The notes under the pieces were generated by a model, which did not search any database, was not told where the DNA came from, and was given only the letters and a program-made list of their open reading frames with translations. The translations under genes were made by a program, and so were the position numbers. A stretch of DNA of 64,000 bases from an uncultured cyanobacterium (GTDB lineage: Bacteria; Cyanobacteriota; Cyanobacteriia; Cyanobacteriales; Nostocaceae): positions 448,001 through 512,000 of the forward strand of contig CAVUDP010000004.1 of NCBI GenBank assembly GCA_963740315.1. Reading direction: 5' to 3'. Shown piece after piece: positions 1-10,959 of the stretch; position 1 is the first letter of the stretch, and the number at the start of each line of letters is the position of its first letter.

Positions 1-1006
1 ATATCATGCCGATAATTCAGTCGTTGATATTGTTGCGATCGCTAATAAAGCCGAAATAAATGCTGCTACCGATTTAAGAGGTAAATACAAAAACAATCTT
101 TTTACTTATCCCCTTACTGTTGCAGACAAAATTATTAGCTGTTTAACTAATTTATCTATTCCTTTTAAATTTTCTACCCGCTATCAAGCAACAGTAGCTC
201 AAAAAATCCAAGAGTTATTAGAAAAAAATACTTACGATATAATTCATTTTGAGTATTCCCACGCTGCGGTTTATCTCGATTTAATTAAAACTCGAATTAA
301 CTCCGATCGTACTCGCACCGTAATTAGTATACATGATGTTGTGTCTCAATCTTTTTTAAGAAAATCTGAAAATAATCCTATATTAGGTGTGGAAGTAGCC
401 AGAGTATTTAAATTTGAAAAAAAACTTTATTTTAATGTAAATGAATTATGGGTTTTATCTAAAAAAGACCGCGATATTCTCACATCTTTATTTACTATAC
501 CAGAAAAAAAAATTATTATAAAACCTCCCAAACTAAGCGAATTTATATCTCAAGTCGAACGGAATGTAGATAAAATTGAAAAGAAAAGCTTGTTATTTTG
601 GGCGGCAATGAATCGACCGGAAAACGAGCAAGCGGCTACGATATTTATTCAAAGATGCTTTAACAAACTGCTTAAAATAGACTCAGAATACAAACTTTAT
701 ATAGTCGGTTCTAATCCTTCTGCAAAAATTAGCAAGCTTCAAGATAATAATATTATAGTCACTGGATTCGTAGAAGAACCCACACCATTTTTTGAAAAAG
801 CAGAAATAGGGATTGTACCTTTAATTCAAGGTGCAGGTGTCAAATTAAAGACTTTAGAAATGCTTGCAGCAGGAATGCCCGTGATTTCTACTAACATCGG
901 TGCTGAAGGAGTAGAATCATCCAATATATTTGTAAGCGATAATTTTGATGAGTGGATAAATATGATTATTAAATTGACGCAAAAAAATTCAAATAAATTA
1001 GAATAA
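1..1006 (+). CDS. Glycosyltransferase family 4 protein (5'-truncated by window edge)
   Basis: Frame is open from base 2 (YHADNSVVDIVAIAN...YDIIHFEYSH...ISIHDV) into ORF 341..1006; GT-B C-terminal motifs GAGVKLKTLEMLAAGMPVISTNIGAEG. Confidence 0.85.
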   Translation, partial: YHADNSVVDIVAIANKAEINAATDLRGKYKNNLFTYPLTVADKIISCLTNLSIPFKFSTRYQATVAQKIQELLEKNTYDIIHFEYSHAAVYLDLIKTRINSDRTRTVISIHDVVSQSFLRKSENNPILGVEVARVFKFEKKLYFNVNELWVLSKKDRDILTSLFTIPEKKIIIKPPKLSEFISQVERNVDKIEKKSLLFWAAMNRPENEQAATIFIQRCFNKLLKIDSEYKLYIVGSNPSAKISKLQDNNIIVTGFVEEPTPFFEKAEIGIVPLIQGAGVKLKTLEMLAAGMPVISTNIGAEGVESSNIFVSDNFDEWINMIIKLTQKNSNKLE

Positions 1007-1123
1007 TGTATATGGGATTTGCGATCGCATCGATTTAGAAAGCATAAGCTGGCTGCACTCATACTTTCGAGTTGACTACTCCCTTCTCGCTCAGCCGCGA
1101 TTACCGATACAATTTCTTCTCTT

Positions 1124-1144
1124 CCTACTCCCTACTCCCTACTC
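1124..1144. repeat. Short heptamer tandem repeat (CCTACTC)x3, STRR-like
   Basis: Direct reading of the intergenic sequence. Confidence 0.6.
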
Positions 1145-1319
1145 CCTTAAATAGGTAATCTTTCATCGGAATAGGAGTAATTTACGAAGGCGATCGCCAT
1201 TTCAGTTTCTCGCTTTAAGTTCAAAAAAAGAATAACTTGGCGAGAAATGATAAAAGAGACACATTTTAAGTTAGAATTAATAACTTGGTTTGATTTACCG
1301 GCAATATTTCTGCCTAAAT

Positions 1320-1799
1320 ATGGTTCGTTATACTATTGTTCAAAGTCCAGAAATCATCCTTACCGTTCCCGGCAAAGATTCCAGTAAAGCTCGTGACAAA
1401 GCAATGGATAAGCTAATGGAAATTATGGAAGCGGGTGATTTACCTACCGAACTCGAAGAAGGATTTAGTCCTCAACAATTAATTGAAGTGAAAGAACCGT
1501 CGATGAATACTTCTAACGGTGAAGATAAGATTGTAGAAGCAGTTCAACTTTTGAGCAATCTTGCCACTATGAAGCTTAAAGTTCAAGAAACACGCACTGA
1601 AGCTTTAGAAGTTCGCAAGCTAGTTGATATTCTTTTTTCAGATCAATCTGTCAGCGAGGAAGAAATTTCTAGCCTCAAAGAAGGTTTTAAAGCTCTGAAA
1701 AATTTTGCTCAAGCTAATCTACGCTATAAAGATGCGCGGGAGAAAGCAGAAGAAGCTCGTCAAGTACTAGATCAAGCTTTGAAGTCTCCAGATAATTAG
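1320..1799 (+). CDS. Conserved cyanobacterial hypothetical protein with coiled-coil C-terminus
   Basis: ATG at 1320 (MVRYTIVQSPEIILTVPGKDS...); natural helical composition. Confidence 0.75.
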   Translation: MVRYTIVQSPEIILTVPGKDSSKARDKAMDKLMEIMEAGDLPTELEEGFSPQQLIEVKEPSMNTSNGEDKIVEAVQLLSNLATMKLKVQETRTEALEVRKLVDILFSDQSVSEEEISSLKEGFKALKNFAQANLRYKDAREKAEEARQVLDQALKSPDN

Positions 1800-1851
1800 C
1801 TTGGTATAACTTGAAATAAATTCCAGAGTTAGGAATTTTATTCCCAATTCC

Positions 1852-1882
1852 TGTACAGACGTAGCATTGCTACGTCTCTACA
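1852..1882. repeat. Small palindromic REP/SDR-like element, possible bidirectional terminator
   Basis: TGTACAGACGTAGCA-T-TGCTACGTCTCTACA near-perfect hairpin between convergent genes. Confidence 0.65.
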
Positions 1883-1895
1883 ACTTCCAACTTAT

Positions 1896-4089
1896 TTAAC
1901 GCACTTTAATTTTACTTGCTGAAGAATTTTCAGACTCAACTGCATCATCTGCACTAATTCTTTCTTTGCTAACCTTGTAATACTGTTGATAATTACTCTG
2001 AGAAATAGGTGTGGACTCTTTAGATTTATTCGCTACCAAACCTAAAATAGGAGTTCCACTAACTTGAAGTTCTTCTAATGCTTGAGCGAATGCAGTGCGT
2101 TTCAATTTACCTAAACCGGCTACCAACATCATGCCATTAGTATTAGCAGCCAACAAGTTAGCATCCGCAAAACCAACTATAGGCGTAGTGTCATAGATAA
2201 CTAAATCGAAACTACTATGCAGTTCGTTCATTAAGTCTTGCATTTTTACGGATGCCAGCAATCTGGTAGAGTCTGGTGGGATGGGACCAGCAGCCATAAC
2301 ATACAAGTTGTTTTCAAGTGGTGAGCGTTCAATCACATTGCTCCATTCCAAATCAGAGGAAATCACATCAGTTAACCCCTGAATATTCATTAATCCTACA
2401 CGCTTATGTATAGTAGGGCAGCGAAGATTTGCATCTACTAATAATACCCGTTGTCCCATTGCAGCAGCCGCTAAAGCTAACTGTATGGCAACAGTAGTCT
2501 TACCATCTTCTGGTGTAGCCGAACTAACCACAAGCGAACTAATTGGCGTATCCGAACCCAAAAGCAGAATATTGGTGTAAAGAGAGCGAAAAACCTCAAA
2601 AAAGGCAGCGCGAGTTGTTTGATGAACCCCACTAGCTGCTCCATCTTGCTTAGCGCTAACTGCAAGTTCTTTTCTAAAAGGAACTACACCTAATAATGGT
2701 AATCTGGTAGTATCTTTCAAATCTTTAGAAGTGTAGAAAATATTGCTCAACTTGTCTACAAGCAAAGCAGCTCCTACTCCCAAAAGTAAGCCTAAAGCAC
2801 TACCCAGACCCAAGTAAATTTTTGCGCTGTTGGAAACAGCTTCGGGTTTGTTTACTAAAACAAGCTGTGGATCGAGTAATTTCCAGGGTTGTAGCTTTTG
2901 AGCTTTCTCAATTTGGAGTGATTGTTCTTTAGATAAAAATTGATTCAACGCTTCAGTAGCAATTTCTAATTCACGCTGAATATTTTCATAATCGCGGGTA
3001 ACAGTTGCCAGATTTCTCAGATATGTATTGAGATTGTCTACTTTCTCACCTAAAGATAAATCCCGCGCTCGCAAAGTCTGAATACGGTTTTGAAAATCTT
3101 TTTGAACTCGTTCCTCTTCAACATTTAGCATCGGGAGTAAATTGGCTTTTTTATCCCGTAAAGTCTGCATAGTTGGATTATCATCTGTTAATATTGCAGA
3201 CTGTGTTTTAATCTCAATTTCCAGTTGTTGAATTTGGTCAAGTATTTTTTGGTAGCGGGAATTATCACTCAATATCGAATTGGCTGCTCTTTCTCCGGGT
3301 TTCTGCGCTAACTCCTTTTGCAATTCCTGATACTGAGCTAACATTTGTTCGAGTTCAACTCGATTGTTTATTCGCTCTTGAGCTAAAGTACCAATTTGAG
3401 AAGATACCTGACTCGCTTTTTGTGACGGATTCGATCAAGTTGTTAGCTCGTCGAAGCGTTCGGAGCTTATTTTGCCAATCTAAAACCTGTTGTTTAAGCC
3501 CGCCTTGATTAATTCTTTCTCGAACAAACTTGATTGCTTGATTGATATCAGCCTGCTGTTCCGTTAGACTGTATTCCAGATAAGCATCAGCAACTTCATC
3601 CAATACATCAGTAACTACCTGCTTGTTTGGATCTGTATATGCGACTGTAAGAATTTCTGGTTGTTGGGATACTATTGTTAACCGCTCTGTGATTGATTTG
3701 TAATCTAGTTCTGGATATTTTGTCTGAAGCTTTTGTATAACTGGATCTAGTACTCGCGGACTAGTTAAAACTTTGATGTTAGTCTCGACTGATTCTGGAA
3801 CTGAGACATTTCCTTCACCTCCTAAGGCTTGAGGAAGATTAGCTACGGCTTTTCCCTCACCAGTCACGGATTCAGTTAAAATTTCAAACTGCCCTTCATA
3901 TACCGGAGGATCTGCTTCTGCCTTCAAAACTGCTGCGGTTGCGACTACACCTGTTATACCTGCAATCAACAACGCTCGGCGGCGCAGGGCAGCTCCAAGT
4001 TTACCTAAATTTACTTCATCATCATCGTTATTTAACCGGGCAGCATTAGTTCGTGAGAGTTGATAAGGATATTTCTCTGACTTCAGCAT
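1896..4089 (-). pseudogene. wzc: Wzc/GumC polysaccharide co-polymerase and BY-kinase, split by a +1 insertion at ~3430 (real or sequencing error)
   Basis: N-terminal ORF has Wzz-like TM segment; C-terminal ORF has Walker A (SATPEDGKTT), VLLVDANLR, IYDTTP and Tyr-rich tail; deleting one base gives continuous NNLIDPSQKASQVSSQIGTLAQERINNRVELEQMLAQ (730 aa). Confidence 0.9.
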
Positions 4090-4506
4090 AGCTTTGGTAC
4101 ACTCTTCTTACTTGTATTACTTATACAGTTTCGTGCTTTGATTCAATCTTGGAATCAATAGTTTGGTTTCCCCTACTACCGAACGCAGGCGACGCACCCA
4201 GAAAATCTCTAAAAAATCCCAATCTTTTTTCTAAGAGAGTAAAGTATTACCGAAACCCACCCTGTCTTAAATACTTAATATACTGATAAATATGAAGCGA
4301 TGCACTACATATAGGGTAACATTACGCAAAATAATTATGTAGTTTATTTATATCTTGGTCAAAATACAATCAAATTTGCCTTCGTTCCTAAATTACTTTA
4401 TACCTAGACATAAATACTTACAATCTTAGGCTTAAGACTCGATTTCTAACTTTAAATGGTGTTGTGTAATAATTTTTATCTATTTATTGTTGTTAATCAT
4501 TGTACT

Positions 4507-4535
4507 TCTACTGATTTATATTAGACTTTTCCGGA
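4507..4535 (-). promoter_or_regulatory. Candidate DIF1-type heterocyst-differentiation promoter (TCCGGA-N18-GTAGA) upstream of wzc
   Basis: TCCGGA at 4530-4535, 18-nt spacer, GTAGA at 4511-4507 on minus strand. Confidence 0.45.
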
Positions 4536-5057
4536 CAAATGCGAGTGTAAATATTTGACTTTCTTTTTACAGGCATACTAACTTACATTTGTATAATATT
4601 TTACGTCACTTTTTAATTCAACCCTACAGAAGAACCAGTAATTATTGTTGCGGTAAAAGCTATGTAATAACAACTGTCTGATATTACATTATCGTAAAGA
4701 TTACTTAAAGAATTACTGTTATGAATCAACTTTCTTTTAAGGGATAGTAAAGTAAAGAGCAAAAACAGTTAAATATATAGAAACATATAGATTAATACAA
4801 ATATTGCTTGATATTGCCCTTAGTCTGTTGACTTTGGCTGTTTTCTGCGAATTTTCCGAAATTTTTTTTATTTGGCTTTCGCTGTGTAAAGATACGATAC
4901 GCGATCGCGAATCCCCAAGATACTGCTATAAAGAAAAAATTTAAATCTTTATGCATTCTTATAGTAGAATGCATTCTTTAATGTAGCTAAAGCGCATATT
5001 CCCAGCTTTCCAGGACATTCAACGCTTTAATCTGCATAAGTTTTGACTTTAAATAAA

Positions 5058-5129
5058 CTGGGGCGCTAGGATTCGAACCTAGGAATGGCGAGACCAAAAC
5101 CCGCTGCCTTACCACTTGGCGACGCCCCA
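5058..5129 (-). tRNA. trnQ: tRNA-Gln(UUG)
   Basis: TGGGGCG acceptor stem, anticodon loop TT-TTG-GT, GGTTCGAATCC T-arm; CCA not encoded. Confidence 0.97.
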
Positions 5130-5145
5130 ACAAGGCACGTTTATA

Positions 5146-5175
5146 AATATAGCTGCGGACAGTCGATTATGTCAA
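5146..5175 (-). promoter_or_regulatory. Sigma70-type promoter of tRNA-Gln
   Basis: TTGACA-N18-TATATT just upstream of the tRNA. Confidence 0.6.
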
Positions 5176-5326
5176 GTACCTTCATAACTCAATTTTAAAA
5201 TTAAAGCATTTTTCTGGCAAATCGAGAAAAATATACTTGGGTAGAAGGTTGGAAACACTATAATTGTGTTGCAAATAGCAAAATTTTTACAAAAACCAAA
5301 TTGGCTGTCACAATTTTAGCTTTCGT

Positions 5327-5677
5327 ATGTCATATTACATTGTCCGATATATTATGTCTTATAGCAGGTCAGGCATCAACCTCAGCAGTATCTTTGTATC
5401 AATAGTTCAATTTTTATCAAATAAACTAAAACAGCAAAAACACAAGATTCATGACTATACTCGTGCAGAATACGGAAAAGACTACATATTTGAATCCGCC
5501 GCACATAACTACACCCAGGGCTATATGACAGCGCGAGGTAAAGGCGTTAAATGCGGAGATTATATCATATTTAAAAAATATAAAGAAGCTTATCGCTATC
5601 AAGTCAAAGAAATCGATTATTATTCAAATCCGCCCGATATGTGGATGGCTTTACTTCAGAAAATAACTGACAGCTAA
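5327..5677 (+). CDS. Conserved cyanobacterial hypothetical protein (start may be 5357)
   Basis: 116-aa ORF with protein-like motifs HDYT..GKDYIFE, GYMTARGKGV..GDYII, RYQVKEIDYYSNPPDMW. Confidence 0.7.
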   Translation: MSYYIVRYIMSYSRSGINLSSIFVSIVQFLSNKLKQQKHKIHDYTRAEYGKDYIFESAAHNYTQGYMTARGKGVKCGDYIIFKKYKEAYRYQVKEIDYYSNPPDMWMALLQKITDS

Positions 5678-6232
5678 TTTTAATTAAAATTTAATTTGAG
5701 TCCGAGCAGTTTAATACAGAACAAGCTTTATAGTTATTTTTATCTAAAGTCCAATTATTAACTATCCTTATAAGCTTAAGTTGATTGAAAATTTAATGTC
5801 ATTCCGGAAAATCTCTGAGTTTTTTGTAGTTATATAGGAATGCTTTTATACTTTGCGTCAAAAAAAAACTGACGTAAGTAGACGAACTCTTTTTTTTTTA
5901 ATTCTTGCATAACTATTTACTGACTGCTATAGATATTACTAAAAATTCATTATTTTTTTGTTTTAGTAATCATTTCCTATTGATAATTAATACCTAAACT
6001 TAATATACGATCGCTCTATAAATTCAAATAATAATAGTACTTCTAAAGCAAAAATAAAAATTTTTAATATTATAAATAAATAATATACCTTATACCAAAT
6101 AGAAAAGGTTACAAATGATAATTTAGATATAAGTAGAGGTGAAGCGGTTAAGTTCCAATATTCTGGGTGTTTTTACCAAATCTGGCGGTATTCTTCCCAA
6201 CGATTAACCTAGACAATTATTGGTACTTTTAA

Positions 6233-7204
6233 ATGTTCAACCAAGCTTATCGTCGTAATAGAAAGTTGCTTTTCAAAAGTTTAATAATGGGTAGTGGCAT
6301 AACAATACACCCTTATTACAGAAGAGCAGTGAAAAGCCCTGCATGGCTATTAATGTATATCTTTGGTCGTTTCTCGATATTCCGTTCACTTGCAAAATTG
6401 TGTTACAAAAACCCCGAAAAACAGAAACATGATTTAAGCTCTTCTGTTTTTAAATCTCTTGATACAGAAGTGATTACACAAAATCTGAGAAATGATGGTT
6501 TTTGGGGAGGTATAAAATTACCCGAACACATCTTACAAGCGATACTCAAATTTACTGCAACTACGGAATGCTACGCTAATTCACGCCCCGATCTTGGGTT
6601 CAAAATTTCCCAAAAAAACCAAGCAGAACAAAAGTGTCAAGTTCTCTTCAATCAAGCTCAATACTTGAAAGCTGGTACGCTATGTCCTGCAATCCAAGAA
6701 TTAGGCAACGATCCAATGTTGTTAGAAATAGCGAATAAATATCTAGGTACAAAAGCTATTTTGACAGGAACTCGACTTTGGTGGATATTTCCAGTCGATG
6801 AAGAATTCTACAACCCTATGCAAATAGCTAGCTTTTTCCACTATGATATGGATGATTATCATTCCGTGAGATTCTTTTTCTACTTAACAGATGTGGATCT
6901 TAATAGCGGTCCTCATATTTTTGTTCGTGGAAGTCACAAAAAAAAGAGGTTCACTAATTTACTTTCTCCATTTAGGTGGCGCAGTGATGAAGATATAGCT
7001 AGCTATTATGGTGAAGAGAATATAGTAACTATTTGCGGAGAAGCTGGCTTTGGATTTGTAGAAGATACATTTTCTTATCACAAGGCTACTCGTCCAACAG
7101 GAAAAAGGCGTTTGATACTACAACTGCAATATACTGCGAACGACTTTGGAGTTCATCAAGACACTATGGATGCTTCCGAACTAAAAAATATACTTGATAC
7201 CTGA
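6233..7204 (+). CDS. Fe(II)/2-oxoglutarate dioxygenase, phytanoyl-CoA dioxygenase (PhyH)-like
   Basis: HxD motif (FHYDMDD), FFYLTDVD..SGPH.FVRGSH, distal His (DTFSYHKA) and RRLILQ. Confidence 0.8.
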   Translation: MFNQAYRRNRKLLFKSLIMGSGITIHPYYRRAVKSPAWLLMYIFGRFSIFRSLAKLCYKNPEKQKHDLSSSVFKSLDTEVITQNLRNDGFWGGIKLPEHILQAILKFTATTECYANSRPDLGFKISQKNQAEQKCQVLFNQAQYLKAGTLCPAIQELGNDPMLLEIANKYLGTKAILTGTRLWWIFPVDEEFYNPMQIASFFHYDMDDYHSVRFFFYLTDVDLNSGPHIFVRGSHKKKRFTNLLSPFRWRSDEDIASYYGEENIVTICGEAGFGFVEDTFSYHKATRPTGKRRLILQLQYTANDFGVHQDTMDASELKNILDT

Positions 7205-7393
7205 GCTAGACTTAATCCAGAATTAACAACTTGCTTCTAGAACACAAACTCTAACCATGAAGGCAAAAACTTTTTCCACATCACTGGTAAACACACAGTA
7301 ATAGAAAAAGTAAAACTACCGCTTCACCTTCATCATGGTTAACTTAGGCTCAAGCAGGAACATCGCCTTACTAGAGTGTGGATATCGAGCTAA

Positions 7394-7578
7394 GAGGATG
7401 TCTTAAAAGTACAGAAGTATAGGCTCAATCTTTTCTGATTCTCGATAAAAATTTAATTTTTGCGAGCAAATTAAAAGTGAGCTTTTTAAGTATGTCTCAC
7501 GAGTCAGTGTTGTAGAGCAACGGTAAGCAGTTAAGACTCTGTGCTGATGTTGCATCAAATACTTCTGAAGACATCCTC
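7394..7578. mobile_element. Putative 185-bp MITE (IS5/IS1031-like ends)
   Basis: Terminal inverted repeats GAGGATGTCTTAAAAGT / ACTTCTGAAGACATCCTC, flanked on both sides by TAA; no internal ORF. Confidence 0.7.
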
Positions 7579-7871
7579 TAAAAGAGGAGAATATTTTGGG
7601 AAACTCAAACTAAACAAAAATACAGTTGTAGAAATCGAAGCATAACCGCGTTGTCCCTTCAGTACGAAGCTACGTTAAAGATTTGGTAAAAATATTTGAA
7701 ATACTTGCTCCTTTTTTTCTCTTCTAAGACTATTTAATTATCATGAATTTGTACGGAAGAGCTACCTAGTTTTTTTCTTATGTTATGTATATAATAAATT
7801 CCTACCCCAATCAATATCAATTCAACTGACAGTTCTCTCCTAATACTGTTTTTTTTATTTATACAACTTCT

Positions 7872-9329
7872 ATGCATATATTTGAGCATTTTCGGATTAG
7901 TAGACGTAGTTTTATTTGGTCTTTTCTTCTGACATTTTCTATCGTTTTAGGGATTCAGTCGTGCAATGTATGGGCTGCTGGAACTCCTATTACTATTACT
8001 GTAAAACAAGATCCAAGACAAATATTTGCTGGATTAGGAGTAAGTCAAACACTTGGCAGTGGTTACAAATATTCAGAACTTACACAGTCTGAGAAAGATT
8101 TGTTAAGCAAACTTGTATGGAAAGATGCAAAGTTTAAGATTCTCAGATTATGGTTTAACCCGAATAAATATGCACCTCAGCCAGGGAAACAAGATTCTTC
8201 TCAATTCGTGCAGTCTTTTATTAAATCTGGACTTATTTCTGATGCCTTAGCACGTGGCTGTACCACGCTTCTACTTGCTCCTAACAGAATTCCTGAATAT
8301 ATGGGTCCTAAGAAGGGCTATATTTACGATCGCGAAATAAAAAAATATGCTGCTCTTTTAGCTAACTTTATACTTCAAATCAAACAAGAATATGGTGTTG
8401 AAATTCATGCTACTGGCGTACTCAATGAACCTAATGATAAGCCTATAAAGCTATCAAAAACTCAATGGCCAACCATGATTAAAATTCTTCGTAGAGAGCT
8501 TAATAATCGTGGTTTGAAAAATGTAAAAATTATCGCTCCAGAATTTGCAAATGCTGATAGTCATGCAGTGAAATTTATAAAAACTATAAAGGAAGACTCC
8601 CAAGCATGGAATTCTCTAGCAGCTATATCAACGCATTCTTATAATATGGCAGCCATAAAACCAGTTTCAGACTTGATACAAGGAACTGATAAAGAGTATT
8701 GGCAAACGGAAGCTGGTACCACTGGACCGGAAGCTCCTGGAAATGCTTTAAATGCTGCTTCAGGTGCATCTCGTTTCCTAAACGACATGAATCACAAAGT
8801 TACTCACTGGATATGGTTTATCGGCTATCATTACGCAGATCCTAAAGATGATGCTACACGTCTGATTCGTTATTCGGGGAATCGATTTAGTTACGATATT
8901 CTTCAGAAGTATTATTATTTTCTGCAATTAAGTCAAACTTTTGACGTAGGAGCTGTATTCAGAAAAAGCGTTAGTTCGCTCGAAGGCGAAATGAATTGGA
9001 CTTATGGAAAAAAACCCCAAATTACAGTAGCAAGCGCCAAAAATCCTGATGGTTCTTGGGGAATCGCCCTTAGCAACTATACTTCTGACCGATTTATTGC
9101 TCCCTCAGCTTCTGAATGGACAAAAACACAAAAAGGTTCCAAGGCAGCGACTTTTAAGGTAACAGTTTTTGTTAAAGAACTGGAGAGAGCTGGAAACATT
9201 AAAATGAAGGTGTATCGCTCAAACAGTAATGTGAATAATGTATATGTAGGCAATTTAGTTATGCACAACGGTAAAGTAACTATACCCAAAATCAAAAGTT
9301 TGGATCTGATTACTCTACGAAGTAACTAA
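7872..9329 (+). CDS. Secreted clan-A glycoside hydrolase (GH30-like) with Tat-like signal peptide
   Basis: SRRSFI plus hydrophobic segment ending VWA; acid/base NEP motif (VLNEPN); nucleophile YWQTE; STHSY. Confidence 0.75.
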   Translation: MHIFEHFRISRRSFIWSFLLTFSIVLGIQSCNVWAAGTPITITVKQDPRQIFAGLGVSQTLGSGYKYSELTQSEKDLLSKLVWKDAKFKILRLWFNPNKYAPQPGKQDSSQFVQSFIKSGLISDALARGCTTLLLAPNRIPEYMGPKKGYIYDREIKKYAALLANFILQIKQEYGVEIHATGVLNEPNDKPIKLSKTQWPTMIKILRRELNNRGLKNVKIIAPEFANADSHAVKFIKTIKEDSQAWNSLAAISTHSYNMAAIKPVSDLIQGTDKEYWQTEAGTTGPEAPGNALNAASGASRFLNDMNHKVTHWIWFIGYHYADPKDDATRLIRYSGNRFSYDILQKYYYFLQLSQTFDVGAVFRKSVSSLEGEMNWTYGKKPQITVASAKNPDGSWGIALSNYTSDRFIAPSASEWTKTQKGSKAATFKVTVFVKELERAGNIKMKVYRSNSNVNNVYVGNLVMHNGKVTIPKIKSLDLITLRSN

Positions 9330-9386
9330 TACAGACACGATTTAAACTGCGTGTCAGATCAAATATTTAGTTTTTCTCATTTTTAG

Positions 9387-9418
9387 TTTGTAGTAAAGGC
9401 AATATCCCTTACTACAAA
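9387..9418. terminator. Hairpin between convergent genes (terminator or REP-like)
   Basis: TTTGTAGTAAAGG-CAATAT-CCCTTACTACAAA. Confidence 0.55.
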
Positions 9419-9454
9419 TTAATTGCCAGATGCCAATTTAGGCTATTACTATTC

Positions 9455-10789
9455 TTATTCAATAGGTGTATTTTCAGAATCTTGAGTAGAGATTTCATCA
9501 AAAATTTCCGGATATCGCTTGTAAATATACATTGCGGCAAGACCTACACCATACATACTCCAGATCCAAATTCCACCAGTTGGACCCTCAATAATAACCT
9601 CAAATGTTGTGGTAGTCATAGCAGCTATCCAAAAAGCTAAGAGAGTTAAAAAGATGCCTGCCCATTCTACTTGCCCTTTTGCCTTACTACGGAAATGCTT
9701 TGCTAATATTGACCCAGCCCAGCTTAGTTGAAGCAGCAGCCACATTACAGCCCCAGGAACACCAGCACGAGCGAGAACCGTTACGTGCCCATTGTGCGGA
9801 TTGCGAACTAATCCATCACCTAACGGGTCAAAGCCAGTACCCTCCCCTAGATTAAAACCAAATCCTCTGCCAGTCCAAAAGTAATCACCAAAAACCGTAG
9901 TGTTAATAAGATGAGTCCACCATTCTAAACGATATTCTTTGGTACCTTGTCTGTCATTATTATCAACAAATATACTTGCAATCTTAGAAAAAAGCGGCTC
10001 AAATATTTCAGGCTTAATCATTAAAACTAAAAGAAACACAAATAGTATTACGGCTAACACTTGCCAAATCCTACTACTTCTGGATTTAGAAAAACTTACA
10101 ACTGAAAAAGAAGTTAAAAAAGCGAGCATCCCAGACCTATTTGCACCTGCTGCAACTAAACCTAAATTTATGAAAAACATTAACAGAAAAAATGTTACTT
10201 GAGTTTTAATTAAGTTACTTCCAAGGAAGAAGGCTGTAATTCCTGCAAAGTGAATCATTGTATCCGCAGGTTTGAGATAAATAAACTCCACGTTTGAACC
10301 GGGTGTTGGTGGCAATGAAAAAGATTTAGATATTAGCCAGATAAACGGCATAATTATGAGAAAAATTCTACTAAATCTTTTATACTGCTCTACCATAAAA
10401 ACAAACCGACGTGGTTTAGAAACCAACAAAGTTCCTATTATTAAAGCGAAAAAACAGTAGTACCATAAAGCAGAATCACGTATAGCGAATAAGCCATATT
10501 CGGGAAAATAGGGAATCGTATTTATGCAACACCACACCATAAATACGATTAAAAACCAAGTTTGATATTGTTTTAAAAGTTTGGGAAATGATTTACTCAG
10601 GCTTAAAGCAACCAAGCCAAAAACCAAAGTAATTTCCCCTATAAAAAGTGGGGAAACGCCCCAATAGGAAAACCCCCTTCCACAAAGAGCGTAGCCTAAG
10701 AGAACCCAACAATGCCAACTTAAAAATTTATCCGCGATCGCAGTTTTTTTATTAGAATTTTTAGATGAAATAGCTGTTTCTAATACCAT
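9455..10789 (-). CDS. O-antigen ligase/Wzy polymerase family membrane protein
   Basis: Multi-TM protein; NRSG, YRLEWW, GRGFG and NPHNGH..VLARAG (Wzy_C) motifs. Confidence 0.85.
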   Translation of the reverse strand: MVLETAISSKNSNKKTAIADKFLSWHCWVLLGYALCGRGFSYWGVSPLFIGEITLVFGLVALSLSKSFPKLLKQYQTWFLIVFMVWCCINTIPYFPEYGLFAIRDSALWYYCFFALIIGTLLVSKPRRFVFMVEQYKRFSRIFLIIMPFIWLISKSFSLPPTPGSNVEFIYLKPADTMIHFAGITAFFLGSNLIKTQVTFFLLMFFINLGLVAAGANRSGMLAFLTSFSVVSFSKSRSSRIWQVLAVILFVFLLVLMIKPEIFEPLFSKIASIFVDNNDRQGTKEYRLEWWTHLINTTVFGDYFWTGRGFGFNLGEGTGFDPLGDGLVRNPHNGHVTVLARAGVPGAVMWLLLQLSWAGSILAKHFRSKAKGQVEWAGIFLTLLAFWIAAMTTTTFEVIIEGPTGGIWIWSMYGVGLAAMYIYKRYPEIFDEISTQDSENTPIE

Positions 10790-10959
10790 ATATTTTAGTT
10801 ATTTTATTACAGTATACATTCGTAAGTGTTTGTATCTATAAATACAAACACAGAGAGTTGCTAGTAGTTTTTAATTATAAAAGAATAAGTATAAAAAAGA
10901 ATACTGACTTTATACATATGTTTGCTAAGTAATATTTATATAATCTATTCTTTTGCAAA

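Noticed and set aside
3420..3440. Programmed ribosomal frameshift or phase variation in wzc
   Set aside because: No slippery heptamer or long homopolymer at the inferred break
4792..4974. 60-aa minus-strand ORF downstream of tRNA-Gln
   Set aside because: No recognisable motif or clear SD; cannot be supported
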